25,914 bases of DNA from a virus (taxonomy: Duplodnaviria; Caudoviricetes), in IMG/VR virus record IMGVR_UViG_3300036835_000563, positions 1 to 25,914 of that record; one strand, given 5' to 3'. Below, in pieces: positions 24,893-25,914 of this stretch (the first letter of the stretch is position 1; every line of letters starts with the position of its first letter). The notes below the pieces were generated by a model. It saw nothing but the letters and a program-made list of their open reading frames with translations, was not told the DNA's origin and did no database searches. The translations under genes and the position numbers were made by a program.

Positions 24893-25834
24893 TTACAGGA
24901 CTCCGCGCAACGGATCGAGGCGCGCCGCTTGCCGCGGCCGCACGTAATCGAGCACCGTCTGCAGATTGCGATGCCCGGTACGATGCATGATCGCGAGTTC
25001 CGACGCGCCGTTTGCGGCCGCCGTCGTAATCATGCCGGCGCGCAGCGAATGCGACCCGAAGCCACCAGCATCCTCCCCGATTTTGCGCAGCGTCTGCTGC
25101 ACGATGACGTTGATGCGCTGCGCTTCAATCCCGGCAGCGCCGATCCGGTCCCCTCGATACACCCGCACAAAGACCGGACCCGGCTGCGAGCCGCGGACTT
25201 TGAGCCACGCTTCGAGCACGCGCACCGGACACGTCGCCGCATACGCACCGGCCGGAATCCGTACCTCACGGCCGCGGCCCTCCTGATCCGTCTTCGAACG
25301 CGGCTGCCACAAGACCAGCTCTCCGTTCTCGATTTCGACATGCGACATCTCGAGCGCCTCCAGCTCGCTCGAACGCCAGCCGGCCGCAAACCCGACTACC
25401 AGCAGCGCCCGGTTGCGTAAGTCAATCGGCCGGCAGGTTTCGAGATGCTCGCTCATGTCACGGAGCTGCTCGACCAGCAGCGCTTTCCGCATACGCCGTT
25501 CCTCGGTGATCTGCCGGCGAGCGCAGCGCAACAAGTCACACGCCGGCTGCACGCGTTCGGCATCCCCGGTAACGCGGTATTGATCCCGCAGCGCGGCCAG
25601 GTACACCGAGACGGTCGAGAGCCGCAATCCACGTTCCTGCAGGCACCAAACCACAAACAGTTCAATCACTTCCGGGGAGGCGTCGAGCGGCCGGCAACCA
25701 GCTTGCGCGCACCAGCTCGAAAATAAGCGCCAGCCGCAGGCATAGGCCAGGCTGGTGTTCGCCGCCTGCCGGTTCTGTTTCCAGCGGTCGCGCGTCACAG
25801 TGAGCGATTCGAGAGAGAGGAACATCGGGTACAC
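24893..25834 (-). CDS. Tyrosine recombinase, Cre-like subfamily (no arm-binding domain)
   Basis: RNRALL..GF..GWRSSEL, RSKTDQ.G.G, CPV, HSLRAG, TGH, DYVR: full R-K-H-R-H-Y catalytic set; 313 aa. Confidence 0.93.
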   Translation of the reverse strand: MYPMFLSLESLTVTRDRWKQNRQAANTSLAYACGWRLFSSWCAQAGCRPLDASPEVIELFVVWCLQERGLRLSTVSVYLAALRDQYRVTGDAERVQPACDLLRCARRQITEERRMRKALLVEQLRDMSEHLETCRPIDLRNRALLVVGFAAGWRSSELEALEMSHVEIENGELVLWQPRSKTDQEGRGREVRIPAGAYAATCPVRVLEAWLKVRGSQPGPVFVRVYRGDRIGAAGIEAQRINVIVQQTLRKIGEDAGGFGSHSLRAGMITTAAANGASELAIMHRTGHRNLQTVLDYVRPRQAARLDPLRGVL

Positions 25835-25914
25835 CTTTTCCCCTTTGCTTTCAACGACAAAACGCCAAAATTTTGGAGTGATGGAAGCGGAGCGGGAGGA
25901 GAATTCCTAAAATC

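Larger units (their letters stand above)
1..25914 (-). mobile_element. Temperate HK97-like siphovirus prophage/phage genome (near complete)
   Basis: Colinear HNH-terS-terL-portal-ClpP-MCP-connectors-tail tube-chaperone-TMP-tail tip genes, a tyrosine recombinase at one end and a recombination-site-like sequence at the other. Confidence 0.95.

Noticed and set aside
23829-25895. 12-bp inverted match ccgctccgcttc (23829-23840) / gaagcggagcgg (25884-25895) flanking the recombinase block
   Set aside because: 12-mer matches are expected by chance in 26 kb of GC-rich sequence

Overview
The window is an apparently near-complete, compact (~26 kb), GC-rich HK97-like siphovirus prophage or phage genome with almost all genes on the minus strand. 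From right to left it holds a Cre-like tyrosine recombinase, small hypothetical genes, HNH nuclease, a cos-like intergenic region, TerS, TerL, portal, ClpP-type prohead protease, major capsid, head-tail connectors, tail tube, a frameshifted G/GT chaperone, tape measure and tail-tip/receptor-binding genes. Then come a primase-polymerase/VirE fusion embedded in the tail module, a BppU-collagen fibre and a 2-TM holin-like gene. No repressor or endolysin is recognisable. Main oddities: (1) a dif-like 11-6-11 site at exactly nt 1-28, paired with a Cre-like rather than lambda-type integrase; (2) a VirE/VapE helicase domain with all four ATPase motifs degenerate while the primase motifs are intact; (3) two paralogous antisense TM+coiled-coil genes and a third antisense gene, each with a -10 box directly before the ATG (leaderless); (4) an apparently split tail-hub protein bracketing modular receptor-binding genes that share a 24-bp in-register direct repeat. 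All assignments come from motif reading; no database searches were run.
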